64,000 nucleotides of DNA from Phoronis australis (taxonomy: Eukaryota; Animalia; Phoronida), in the NCBI GenBank assembly GCA_002633005.1, contig NMRA01000067.1:988582-1052581 (forward strand), read 5' to 3'. The notes beneath the pieces are model-generated. The model was not told the DNA's origin. It saw nothing but the letters and a program-made list of their open reading frames with translations, and made no database searches. This document shows, one piece after another, positions 30,001 through 40,530 of this stretch. Every line of letters starts with the position of its first letter. Within the stretch, counting starts at the first letter, position 1. Both the position numbers and the translations under genes were made by a program.

Positions 30001-33000
30001 TTGATTGGACACCCTTATTTAAGATTCCACCCTAAGTTCGACGACGTCGCATAACCTAGGTAGCACCATATTTCCGTTTTAGTGGCTTTGAGCATACCGC
30101 ACAAGCTACATTGTCATGAATGAGCAAGACATTCTGGGATGGGTTCATTTTGTTAATCATTTGATAAGGAATGGCGCTTTGATTTGAGATGTAATATCAT
30201 AAAGAAAGCCGGCTTGAATTATGTTACCAACCATCAACCTTATTCAAGCTTTGGTTACCAGGAGACGAGGTTTCCCATGCTTGGAATGCAATGTTGACAA
30301 ATGGTGACTGGCACAACAAACGTCAAGATTTTTTAACAAGCCTGGTTTACCTTAGTCACCAGTAGTCATTTTCAAGCCAACCAAGCATTTTATGTTTAGT
30401 ACTGCAGCAAGGACATTAGACAAAGAATATTATAAAAGGTGACGTTCCATTAACCTTGGTTGGGTCAAATTTAGCTATCAGTAATCGGCATATGCAACAA
30501 GCAATTGTTAAACATTAAACACAAAATTTTGAATTAAGATACCCTGTTATGTGCTTTTAATTAAAATTGAAAAGATTTTTTTTTCTCTGAATCACATTGT
30601 TGTGGCATGGCAAAATATAAATTTTGAAAGTGTGATGAAAATGGTTGACTGTTTATTTGTATTCACCTTCTTTGATGCGTAGAGGTCGTTGTACGTCACG
30701 ACTAATTCGATTTTAGGTAATTTAAAGCTACTATATAATGTTTAAGACCTCCTACCAGGCTCCTTGGTCTATTGTAAGATCTTTTCCTGCATTGGGATGA
30801 CACTTGTAAAGCAGGGTCTTGTTTTTGTGCTCATGGTAGTTGGAGACCTTGACCTTGATGTTTGGTCATGTGTAGTGAGTCTGAAACCAGTGATTATGGT
30901 TGAAAAGCATGCGGTTTCACAACGCAATTTGCTTCAATCATCAGACAGACGTACGAGCATGAAGTTCATTTCACTTTACTGGCCAGCATTAGCTGTAGAT
31001 GATATTGCCTTGTTTAATTCAGATTCACTGGATACTAGTAGTGTGTTAAAATGGTCTTAACAAATAATGACCACCATTATTGCTTGTGTGTTCTTTGGCA
31101 ACTATCGAAACCGTATCGTCAATTTTTTGTGAATCCACCGTTACTCATATTCTGAAATGTTTTGATGAAACAATGCTGCGTTGTTCAAGATGGTGGGTTG
31201 GGGTGCTAATATTGTGTTTCTACTTGTTGATATATCAGTGTTTAAGAGCATGTTATTGACCCAACCAACAGCCAGACCACTGAACATATCGGTAACTTTG
31301 GGGAGACCCCAGGCACCCAGGCCATCTTCAAGACATATGCTATGAAGAAAGGCTCCGACATGCCGTTGTTAAGGTTGTCTTGAACGTTTGCCCTTTGAAG
31401 GTTAAGTTCTCCTGTGTCATCCTATTTTTGCCGGTGAAGCGTGTTTTATGGTCTGAGCTTAAAAGTTCCATCATGGTTCCTTCGCTCTGTGTTGTTCATG
31501 TTACCGTGCCAACCTGTGTCATTATGCTTTCAGGTCATCTGGTCAGTCGTTCCACTTTGATGACTTGAAGTCCATCAACGATGATGAAGATGATGGAATA
31601 GACTATGACGATGACGTTATTGATAAAGAAGTCTCAGAAATTTATAATAATAATAACAATAATACTGACGTGGGAGACAGTGCAAAGCTGGGAGGAGTTC
31701 GTAGTGGTGAGGGAAACAATAATGTAAAAATAACAAATATGCATACATTACCGAAACCATGTGAGAATGAACGTTTAAGTCATCATCGGACAGACACTAG
31801 TGAGTTAGGTCAAGATGGTGCTTGTACTCCATCTGCAGACACTAGTGGTAATAGTGGTGTGAGGCATGATGAAACACAGTGTAGTCCTAGCAACCGCAGG
31901 AGACAAGAGTTTGTGAAACAGTCCAAAATGGCGGTGACAATGAATAAGGATTCTAATGTGGAGTGTAAGTCTGCAGGTGGTCAACAGGTGTCTCCGGATG
32001 CTGGTGTATTTGTGTCAGTTTCCTTAGACAGTCAGGACAGGCAGTCCCCTATAGGGGCACACAACACTGCAGGCTCAGGGGTCCTGGATAACCAGGTAGG
32101 TTTTGTCAGCTTTTACAATGTATTATGCATGGTTATAAAACTCCTCTGAAAGGATTTCAAGCATTTTTAGGTCTGGTCAACATGCCAACTGTTGGTCATA
32201 CCACGTGACCTAATTAATATAAGTCCGAAAAGATTTCTCGTATTTATTAGGTTGTGTGATGTGGTCAACAGGTGGTGTGCTGACCAAACTTAAAAATGTT
32301 TGCGATATTTATTTCACGCTTGTTTGAGATTTACATTTATATGTCCTCTCAACTAAAACTATTGCGCAAACAACCTCATCTTGGTCAAGGTCGTTAAAAC
32401 AATTCTATCCTGTGATCATAGAATGGCATTGAATCTTCCATGGGTACTCAAGCATTGTGTTCCCACATAAAAGATAGCATCGGTTTGTTCCGTACTCATG
32501 ACCTTAACCTTTGTCTGTAGTGAATAATCGTCAAAAGTACTGTCGCTTTTTTATCACCCTATTGAAGTCTCCCACTCAATTTGAAAACCGGTTGATGATG
32601 GTATTTTTCCGAAGATTAAAATCATATTTGGGCATTACAGACAAGGGGGACATGTTGCTCGGTCACACCAGGTGGCGCTGTAGGAATTGCTACAATGCTA
32701 CTTTTGTTCAAGGAATGAATCCTGGTTAAACTTTTATGCATGGAATTGCAGGCTGCCGGTCCTAGCCGTGTGTTCAAAATTGTGTTTGTTGGTGACTCTG
32801 GAGTAGGCAAGAGCAGCTTTATCCACAGATTCTGTGAGAACGCATTCACTGGACAGTTCTGTGCTACAATAGGTAGGCTCACATCTTCTCATGCAGTGCT
32901 TGTCTTAGATAGGAACCTCTACTGTCCATACATTCACCTATAACCTGGCTTCTGTTAAAGAAACTTTCGATTGAGATCATCTTCACCTGTAAACTATAGT

Positions 33001-36000
33001 CTCCACTTTGTGAAATGAAAAGTTATTTCTGGGCCTAGGAAGAACCAGTAGTTTGTCGTCAATTGAGACCCTGCTCTGAATCTGACATGACTCATCATGA
33101 CAAGCCAACCAATTGAGCCTCGTCTCAAATAAGAACAAAATTTCAGTTCTTCCAAGCTGTGTCATTTCCTGTGATCTGGGAACGGCACAATGTAGGCGAG
33201 ACCAATTTCATAACAGTAAGGTCTCTAGATTGAATTTGTTCAGTAGTTATGCTTTACTACTCCGATGCAGGTGTGGATTTTCAAGTTAAATCTATTGTTG
33301 TTGGCGACCAAGTGGTGGCGCTGCAGTTGTGGGACACAGCTGGCCAAGAGAGGTCAGTAGTTGTTTTGCAGATTGACTAAGATATTTCTCAGTGTGGTAT
33401 GGAAGGTTTTTTAAATTTATGTAGGACAAGTCTGTGTATTGGGCCAAACACTTGTAAAACTAAAGATTTGAACTCAGTAAAGTTAGTGCATGTTTTCTGA
33501 ATTAGAATTCTGTTTTTGACTTAATTCCAATCTGTTATTACTAGTGTCATGTGGCAATGATTGACGTTAAATGTTCAATGTGACATCTCAAAATGCTGAT
33601 ACAGTTTTATAAATTATCGTTTCGTGTTTGTTTTATGCAACTATTGAGTTATCTTACAAAAACCATTATTCTTATTTTTGATAGCCCTCATTCAAAATTG
33701 GAACATTTTGAAAATTCCTAACAGCTTTTTGGAGATCAATGCATCATGCTGTTTCTAAAATATGATGTTCTGAAGTTAGCCAAATATGGGCATTTTTCTA
33801 GGTTCCTGAATAACATTAGTTACCTGTAATTGGTAATGTAGGGCTGCAGAATTATTTATATGTCAATATTTTGCGAATTTTTCCAAGTCATCAATGTAAA
33901 TTTTTAAATTGCATGTTATTGTGGAATGTCCACTCCTGTTTTGTTCTAGGTATCGCAGTATAACTAAGCAGTACTTTCGCAAGTCTGACGGGGTCATTGT
34001 CATGTATGATGTCACATCTGAATCATCGTTCCGTAACGTTCGTCAGTGGATGGTCAGTATTGAGGAAGAGTCCGAAGATGAGACTGTGATTATGTTGCTA
34101 GGCAACAAAACTGACCTCACTGAGGACGACTCACACCGTCCTGTTCAATATAAAGATGGGGTACAATTGGCTGATGTGAGTTTAGCTGTCACTTTCTCTT
34201 GTTTGTCTGATCATTCATTGTTTGTCACTTGACAAGTTCACTGTAATCAGGCCGTATTCAAGTGTTATGGAAAAGACTGTAGCTATTGTTGATTTTCACA
34301 CGAGCCCAACGACTGTGGCTTCCAATTTTGTTTTTTGCATCCAAGGCTGTATCTCAATCGTTTGTAGGATTTTTATGAAATTTGGAAAGTATTTTCCTCT
34401 GAATGATGTGGCAGTGGGTTACGACTTTTAGATGCATGTGACTACGACATTGTGGCAGTTTTATGCGTATATCTGTATCTTCAGCGTTCCTCCGATTGAT
34501 TTTCATGAAATTTGACAAAGAGCAGACCTGTGTACGGAAATCAAGCCTTCAGTACGCAAGTACGCACGGCCAGGCAAAAATATGCAAATTCAAAACAGAG
34601 TCATTAATTGGCTTGTTTCTCACTAAATATGCCAATTTGTAGTCAGAATGGAAGAGGAATAAGATTTTAATACTGTTAGAAATTAAAAAAGAATATTGCA
34701 AAATGATTATTTTAGCCAAAAAATTTGAGCTACGAACTCGGAAAACTCGCTTCGTTTCATTCTCGAAATAGCCAGATAATCGGCGAATCACGAGGCCTCT
34801 TCTATCGGTATGTGTGTCACAGGCCTAACCTATAAGCAACGACTTCTGTGATTTGTGGATTGCTTACTTCGTCTCATTCCGACTATATACAGCTAAATAC
34901 GTACTGTTGACAAAATGGCAAAGCATGAGTGGCCTTGCTGCATATTCTGAACTAAGAAGCTTCTGAAAGAAGGGAACATATGTTGTTGGCACGTTATTCC
35001 AAAGAATGACAATGTCTTATGGAAGGGACCATGGAATTTATACTGCAAGTTTTATATAGCGTGTTGTTTTTTGCGGACATGGTGACTGCATTGACTTCGT
35101 AGCATGTTGAGCTGACGGACACTCGAGGTTTTTTCACAGGCGGTACGGTGGTACATGTTCACAGACACTTGCAATGAATAACTATTCCAATTTTTTGTGA
35201 ATGGTTAAGAAAATGTCATCTGGTGCAAAACATTGTCCAGTGCAGATTCATAAACACCTTTTTGCTGATATGTTTTTGGGTTAAGAAACGAGTACAACAG
35301 TTTATATTTTACCACTGCGGCATGTATTAACATAACTATTTAAGCTCAGTATGGAAGTTTGCTATTGATTAACTGGATCTATTCACTATGCGTGTTGTCC
35401 CTAAATGAAACACCTTAGTTTATTCTGAAATAATGTATTTTAAAAACTTTCAGAGGAAAGTAACTAGGAAAAGTAGCCATGCGTGCACCAGGGGGCAAAA
35501 GGGTCCGCCTCAGAGAAACAAAAAGTCCTAGAAAGCGAGACAAAAGTCCACTAAAAAGGCAGGAATTCTTCTTTAGTAAAAGGTCCACATCTTCAAAAAT
35601 TCGATCCCCCCTACATTTTAGGTTGGGTTTGCTGGAAGTTCGAATTTTCGATAATTAGTCTGTACACAAAAATGTGCAAATTTACTCGATAATCTGCAAA
35701 TCTGGTGTTCAAAGTACTCCAATGCAGTTTTGGTGGTACATAGGTATGAAATAGGCCTCCATTAAAAAGGACGATGTCTTGTTTTTGAGCAGATTTGACG
35801 TATTCTGTGCTACCTAGTGGCCATTTTTATTGTTCACCAATCTGTTTTTGATGTTGTCATCTCTACTGAACAAACTGTTCCTCGTAAGATTTTTGTGAAA
35901 TTTGCAAACGTGTTTCCTTGAATGTGACCATAGATTACAGCAACATTCAGGCACATCTGAATTCCACTGTGCCCCCTAGTGGCAATTTATGTTTGTGTTC

Positions 36001-37741
36001 ACATTTCTTGGCTGAATATTAAGTAGATGACATTGCGTCATGTAGTTTTTGGCTTCAGCCTCTCTATACACCAAACTGCTCAAACGATCATTTAGAAAGT
36101 GGGCAGATGTTCTACTGACAACAGCAAGACGGTTGACTTTCAGAGAAATTGGACTTAACTTTCAACTGCTGATTTGTTTGCGTGCTCTAACCCGCTTACT
36201 ACCCCAGCATTGTGTACCAACACTATGGGCTTCTTTGTCACGTTAAGTCTAACATGATCCTAGATCAGATTGTGATGTTGGAAATTTCTTGGTTTTAACA
36301 GTCCAGGGGTGTGGTAGGTCTCAGCCCACTCGCCAAGAGCGAATTTCAATGTGAAAAGCTTTAATACTTTGGATGACAGAAACTCAGGGTGTTTCATGGC
36401 ACCTATGTAGTTCATTAATACATTATCACATGGACCGTACAATGGGCATTCAGGTGCCATGAGCCCTTGTTAATCATTAATCGAACACTGATCCATGTTC
36501 CTTTTGTGTGGAGCAGAGCAATTGCAGCATTACAAATGACTTCACAGCAATAAAACACTGTCTGAAATGACTCTTTGAAGGGTGGTAGATAATTGGCGTA
36601 CTGCTGTGTGGAGCCAGATGAAAGACTTAATGGACTACATGTAGATTGATATATGGATTTGGAAATAGCTGTAGTCTAGAGTTAACAATAAACAAGATAG
36701 ATGTTTTGGAATGACAGAGTGTTATTGATGAAGATTGAAAGACTGCTGAGTATGGCTGTCAGTTGAATAAAGAATTGACAGGTGACTTGCAGGAACACTA
36801 GGGGGAGTTGATGTTTGATGCAATTAACATCTCCAATTATTTATTAAATCCTTTTTTGTTTATCAAGCTCACTGCATTATCATATTTGTTTTTTATTTTA
36901 TTATTTGAATGAGTGATTTTGCTCCAACGGTCTTTATATTTTTCTGTTCTATTATTTCCTAGTCTACATTAAGCGTTTTTCTAAGGTTTGGTAACACTTG
37001 ATATTTCCAGAGTTACGGGTGTCTCTTCTTTGAGACTAGTGCCAAGCAAGGGAAAAATGTACAGGAATGCATGGTAGCCCTGGCCAGGTATGACATTTTA
37101 TCTCATTTTGACTTGGTTGCTTTATCTTTTCATTGAATTTCATCACAGTGCATTAATTGGTCATTAATAGAAATTCAAAAAATAAAATTTCTGCTTCTAC
37201 CCTGTATTTTAATTATTTTGCATGTCACTATCAGACTCTAGTGTCGTTCCTTATCTCCATATTTTTCCTTATTCAGAATTAGATCACTGCATAAACTGAT
37301 ATTGTATTCTTGCATTCTGGGGTTGGCTATTCACTGATCCACAGGGGGTAATAAAATCATTATCTTCTCAGCCAGGACCATAAACCCTTTGTTAAGCTGT
37401 GTTTAGATATGCAGTCCAACTGGGACAGTTCTGTGACTATGAGCATGGTTCACAAAAAAACTGCATGTCAATTTCTAAAGGCCTAATGTGTGTGAATGAC
37501 ACCTATGACTTACAACCATCAGTGACATTTTTAAGCCACTATGGGAACTAGTTACCCCCTGTAAGCCCAAAAGGGTTTACAATCATGTAGCTTGTCTTAT
37601 TAATCAATATTGAGTTGAGCATGAAATTCATGACCCTGTACATGGATCTTTTACAGTCTTTTGGAAGATAACGAAGACAAACAGATGGAAGCAGCAGTTA
37701 AACTTCAGAAAACGGGAAAGAAAGCTAAGTGCTGTAAATGA
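11393..37741 (+). CDS. CRACR2A: Large Rab GTPase (EF-hand/coiled-coil/Rab), CRACR2A/EFCAB4B (Rab46)-like; spliced CDS of 17 exons, 776 aa
   Basis: Exons 11393-11639, 15169-15304, 16813-16959, 19463-19553, 19931-20026, 22117-22188, 23040-23155, 24216-24287, 25336-25387, 25713-25754, 28040-28146, 31534-32095, 32752-32872, 33271-33352, 33950-34175, 37011-37087, 37657-37741. All introns are GT-AG with matching phases; total 2331 nt, open to TGA. Motifs: EF-hands, LYEEMENQI coiled-coil signature, [34 protein letters not shown]-terminal CCK. CRACR2A rather than RASEF/Rab44 is inferred from [10 protein letters not shown] and [21 protein letters not shown]. Confidence 0.9.
12331..12464. repeat. 51-bp tandem repeat, about 2.6 copies
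   Basis: agaaggtgtcactttattaaatgcaggagaca... recurs at 12331, 12382 and 12433. Confidence 0.95.
13734..13811. repeat. 13-bp minisatellite (GGTGCAGGAATAT)x6
   Basis: Directly visible; one copy has a G>A change. Confidence 0.95.
15169..15304 (+). CDS. CRACR2A: CRACR2A-like exon 2
   Basis: ctcctag| ... |gtaagt; [14 protein letters not shown]...[15 protein letters not shown]; phase 1 to 2. Confidence 0.8.
16380..16648 (+). mobile_element. Intronic MITE family A, copy 1
   Basis: TIR gggcttgg...ccaagccc; the core ctgatccaca...attatcttctcagcca...gttacccc is shared with 29722 and 37313. Confidence 0.75.
16813..16959 (+). CDS. CRACR2A: CRACR2A-like exon 3
   Basis: atttcag| ... |gtgagc; [23 protein letters not shown]...VEAALK; phase 2 to 2. 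Confidence 0.87.
18065..18614. mobile_element. Probable non-autonomous DNA element with poly-G/poly-C termini
   Basis: G10-cacttcccat at the left and atgggaa-C12 at the right form inverted termini; CpG-richer interior. Confidence 0.4.
19463..19553 (+). CDS. CRACR2A: CRACR2A-like exon 4 (coiled coil)
   Basis: tttccag| ... |gtatat; [22 protein letters not shown] family signature; phase 2 to 0. Confidence 0.9.
19931..20026 (+). CDS. CRACR2A: CRACR2A-like exon 5 (coiled coil)
   Basis: tgtttag| ... |gtaggt; [32 protein letters not shown]. Confidence 0.88.
20030..20272. repeat. Degenerate ~22-bp G-rich minisatellite
   Basis: Repeating gtagggNNtggtggagctgYt units immediately after exon 5. Confidence 0.75.
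20862..21300 (-). mobile_element. 5'-truncated CR1/L2-group LINE 3' end
   Basis: Minus-strand ORF2 C-terminal remnant [18 protein letters not shown]...FRHQLISYL*, then a 3' UTR with hairpin ttagcc-ttt-ggctaa, AATAAA and an (ATT/ATC)n tail. Confidence 0.78.
22117..22188 (+). CDS. CRACR2A: CRACR2A-like exon 6
   Basis: ttttcag| ... |gtatgt; [24 protein letters not shown]. Confidence 0.88.
23040..23155 (+). CDS. CRACR2A: CRACR2A-like exon 7
   Basis: tttttag| ... |gtatgt; [20 protein letters not shown]...EERRDRA; phase 0 to 2. Confidence 0.87.
23947..24067. repeat. (CA)n microsatellite, imperfect
   Basis: Directly visible. Confidence 0.97.
24216..24287 (+). CDS. CRACR2A: CRACR2A-like exon 8
   Basis: ttcacag| ... 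|gtgtgt; [23 protein letters not shown]; phase 2 to 2. Confidence 0.87.
25336..25387 (+). CDS. CRACR2A: CRACR2A-like exon 9
   Basis: cttttag| ... |gtgagt; [12 protein letters not shown] (LREMNKHLRDERD-like motif); phase 2 to 0. Confidence 0.88.
25713..25754 (+). CDS. CRACR2A: CRACR2A-like small exon 10 (possibly alternative)
   Basis: ttttccccctag| [14 protein letters not shown] |gtagtg; 42 nt, symmetric phase 0. Confidence 0.55.
27546..27797. mobile_element. hAT-like MITE
   Basis: TIR cagggccc / gggccctg; no clean TSD seen. Confidence 0.45.
28040..28146 (+). CDS. CRACR2A: CRACR2A-like exon 11
   Basis: gttacag| IDQARQNSS...[12 protein letters not shown] |gtactc; phase 0 to 2, needed to join the next exon in frame. 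Confidence 0.75.
28549..28635. repeat. Perfect 21-bp inverted repeat (hairpin)
   Basis: cccacattttgagaaccagtt (28560-28580) / aactggttctcaaaatgtggg (28604-28624), 23-nt loop; outer gatataa/ttatatc extension. Confidence 0.9.
29722..29949 (+). mobile_element. Intronic MITE family A, copy 2 (internally deleted)
   Basis: ctgatccacagggggtaataaaacaattatcttctcagcca ... gttaccccctccaagccc. Confidence 0.72.
31534..32095 (+). CDS. CRACR2A: CRACR2A-like exon 12 (acidic/poly-Asn disordered linker)
   Basis: gctttcag| ... cag|gtaggt; 562 nt open frame, phase 2 to 0. Confidence 0.82.
32752..32872 (+). CDS. CRACR2A: CRACR2A-like exon 13 (Rab P-loop)
   Basis: ttgcag| [22 protein letters not shown]...CATI g|gtaggc. 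Confidence 0.93.
33271..33352 (+). CDS. CRACR2A: CRACR2A-like exon 14 (Rab switch I/II)
   Basis: atgcag| [28 protein letters not shown] |gtcagt. Confidence 0.95.
33950..34175 (+). CDS. CRACR2A: CRACR2A-like exon 15 (Rab G4)
   Basis: gttctag| [22 protein letters not shown]...LLGNKTDL...QLAD |gtgagt. Confidence 0.95.
37011..37087 (+). CDS. CRACR2A: CRACR2A-like exon 16 (Rab G5)
   Basis: tttccag| [25 protein letters not shown] |gtatga. Confidence 0.93.
37313..37574 (+). mobile_element. Intronic MITE family A, copy 3
   Basis: cattctggggttggc...ctgatccacagggggtaat...gttaccccctgtaagccc. Confidence 0.75.
37657..37741 (+). CDS. CRACR2A: CRACR2A-like last coding exon (di-cysteine prenylation tail)
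   Basis: tttacag| [27 protein letters not shown]. Confidence 0.92.
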
Positions 37742-40524
37742 GGACTCTGCACACTCTTGGAGTCGTTACTCATGCACCCTTTCGCCCTGTCGAATGACGT
37801 GGGGTCACCATGTGACCGAGATGTGTGTCTGTACTTAAGGCAGTGCTCCATGAGTCATGGGGCTTGTGGGAATGAGTGACACCTATTGGTCTGTGAAGTA
37901 ACTTGAGTGACGTCGGTTGGTACTTGGTGCAGTAGCTATAGTGTAAATGAAAGTAATGTTCAGAACTTAAATCGTGCTTGTCGCTGCAGTATTAGCACGT
38001 AAAGTGCAATACAAAAGTGATAAGATAAAGTACCATTAACAGCAAAAATGACTAGTAATGGTTGCAAAATGGTTGCAAAATTCTAATGGCTTGTCCCCTT
38101 TCTTGTTAATTTCCCTTCATTCTTGGTCATGAGAGAAAACTAGTCTGACGTTGGAGTCAGCCTCCACCCACTCGTCGTGTTAGAGAATTCCAGGTCATTT
38201 TGTCTGAATAGTTTGGCTTGTACTGTAATTGGAACAGTAGAGGTGTTACAGTCAACGTCAGTTACTGGCATGAAGTTTTGTTAAAGTTGTGGATCCAGAT
38301 CTGTGGTTCACGTTGGACAAGTGTGAGGAGTACTTTAGACTTCTCAATGGTTACAGCAGTGCAAATGTGAGCTGGTGCTGTGTATCTTTCTACTTCTGTT
38401 TTGCTCTGGAATATGGCAAGTGTATTCATAAAATGGCACTTGTCTGTGAACCAGCACCCTCTGGTGTTAAGGGTGTGCAGCTGGGCTGGGGATTCATACG
38501 GATCTCATAGAAACGCCTTGTAAAAGTTTTGCTAGATAAAATTGCATTATGATTAAATATTTCCACAATTATTGATAGAGAATGCAAGGCCTCGTAGTTT
38601 TGGAGATTTTTTTGTATCTGATCAAAGATCATGGTTTCGTTTGATGCATATCAATATGAATTCAACTTAATTTCAGCCAAAGTTTGGTCTAGCAACTTCA
38701 ATAGTTCATTAGTTTCAGTAAGTCAATACCATTTCTGGAACTAAAAGCAATCTAGTGTATTCAAGCACTGGAGGCTTTATTTCCATCTATCGAGTTGTAT
38801 AATGTATGAGCAAAGCCTTTGTGAGCAACACTTAAAGCAAATCCTTCCTCTTCTAATCAATACAAACCTGTATCAGTTTAAACTTATTCTCAAATGATGC
38901 TCTTTCAACATTTGTATTCAAATGTTTTTAAAATAATCACAATTCTATTAAATTTTCAAAATATTTTTTATATTTCTGGTGGTGTTCCAACACGATGAAA
39001 GGCATTGAGTTTTGCATTTCAGGAGTCTCCATCCAAAAATCAAGTTCATATTAAGGAAAGTAATGTTCATTTTTGTTGATGTCTGCCAATTATTGACACT
39101 CCGTCTGTGTTCTAAACCAATGAAAATAATGCGGAGAGTTTCTTTAAAGCACACAGAAAATCAGTCAACAGACTTCCCTGGTTAACATCCTTTGATTTTA
39201 TGTAAGTTCACCTTTGTGAGCTTTTGTGTCAATCTAATATGATTGCATAGCCTGGTTGTTTGTGCAATGTTCCCTGATTGTCTGTGGCAATAGTTCTCTT
39301 ATTCAACTGTCTCATGTAGTTATAGATCATGCAGTGTGTTGATATTACAATTTAGTTTGTAAGCCCTTGTCAGGCGCAGGTCAATGTCTTATGGTTCTGC
39401 TAATAATACACCTGACTTTGTCTATGATTTCATTGGTTGTTTACATACTACGATTCAATGTAGCTGATTGTGATCTCCCTTTTCTAAGTGAGCATGGTTT
39501 GCATAGGTTTATGGGTGGTCTTGTAATGCAGTATGTTTGTATCGAAACTGGCTGTTATCTAAGTTTATATTTGTTTAATATTATGTTCACTCAAATATTG
39601 ATTTTTTAGAAATTTAGTTTTGGTTTACGTACTAGGTATTCCCATGTCTTATGTATGAGTTACGAGATTGGTTTATTGCTATTTTTGTTAAAGGAAAATT
39701 CCAGAATTTTTATGTTATTAAAAATCATTCATTATGTAACCAGCTAACATTTTTACAGAAAGGTCAAACAGTGGAAAACCACCCGAAGTTTGGGTCACAA
39801 TAATTCATGTCTATTCTTTCCAGTGTCTGCCTGTGGTAAACCCTCCATCTTGGTGTAGATTGTTTTAAAGTTGCGGAAAACCAAATGAAGGGATAATTTA
39901 AAAACTAACAGCATTTTCGAGATTTTATCTTGAAAACTTACATCATACCAAATGTGAATATGTTATTAATCCTGCAGTTATGCTATAAATGTACCTTAAG
40001 TTTCTATTTTTCTAAATTTTCCTAAAAAAGCAAAGTCACTGACATAATTAGGGGCAGGTTGGTGTAAAGTCAAAATCAACTTCTACAGAATTTCTTCTTA
40101 AAGGAAACATTTTCTTTTGCTCAGTTCAATTCTACAGTTTTGTAAATATTTGGCTAAATATACAAATTTGCAGATAATTTCCTTCATAATCTTAATGACA
40201 ATGCAGTAAGGCAGAGGTTCTTCAGTGCATTGTTCATGGAAATTGAAGACATTGTTTTCCTATAGAAGTGTGGACCCATGAGGTCTTCAGAATAGGCCAA
40301 ATATCCTGTAAACACAAGGATTAAGCAGAATTTGGAAAAATATAGCAACAGAGTTACATACAAAGTATACTGGGTGATTATCCCGTTAATGTGTTTGGAT
40401 TTCCGAGTCTGATTGACCCTAATTAGGACTGGATTCTGACTACTGGGTATACAGTAAGTTTCGCCTATTTGGTGCTCAATATGGTCAACCATTGAAATTT
40501 TATTTTACTAAATGTCTCCACAGA

Positions 40525-40530
40525 AATAAA
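40525..40530 (+). terminator. Candidate polyadenylation signal of the large-Rab gene (3' UTR about 2.8 kb)
   Basis: AATAAA followed by GT-rich sequence (gtggttg...gttgtatggtgt); coincides with the end of the CpG-depleted domain. Confidence 0.45.

Noticed and set aside
34523-35170. CpG-rich intronic patch as a discrete transposon
   Set aside because: Probably an insertion, but I could not define convincing TIRs or a TSD
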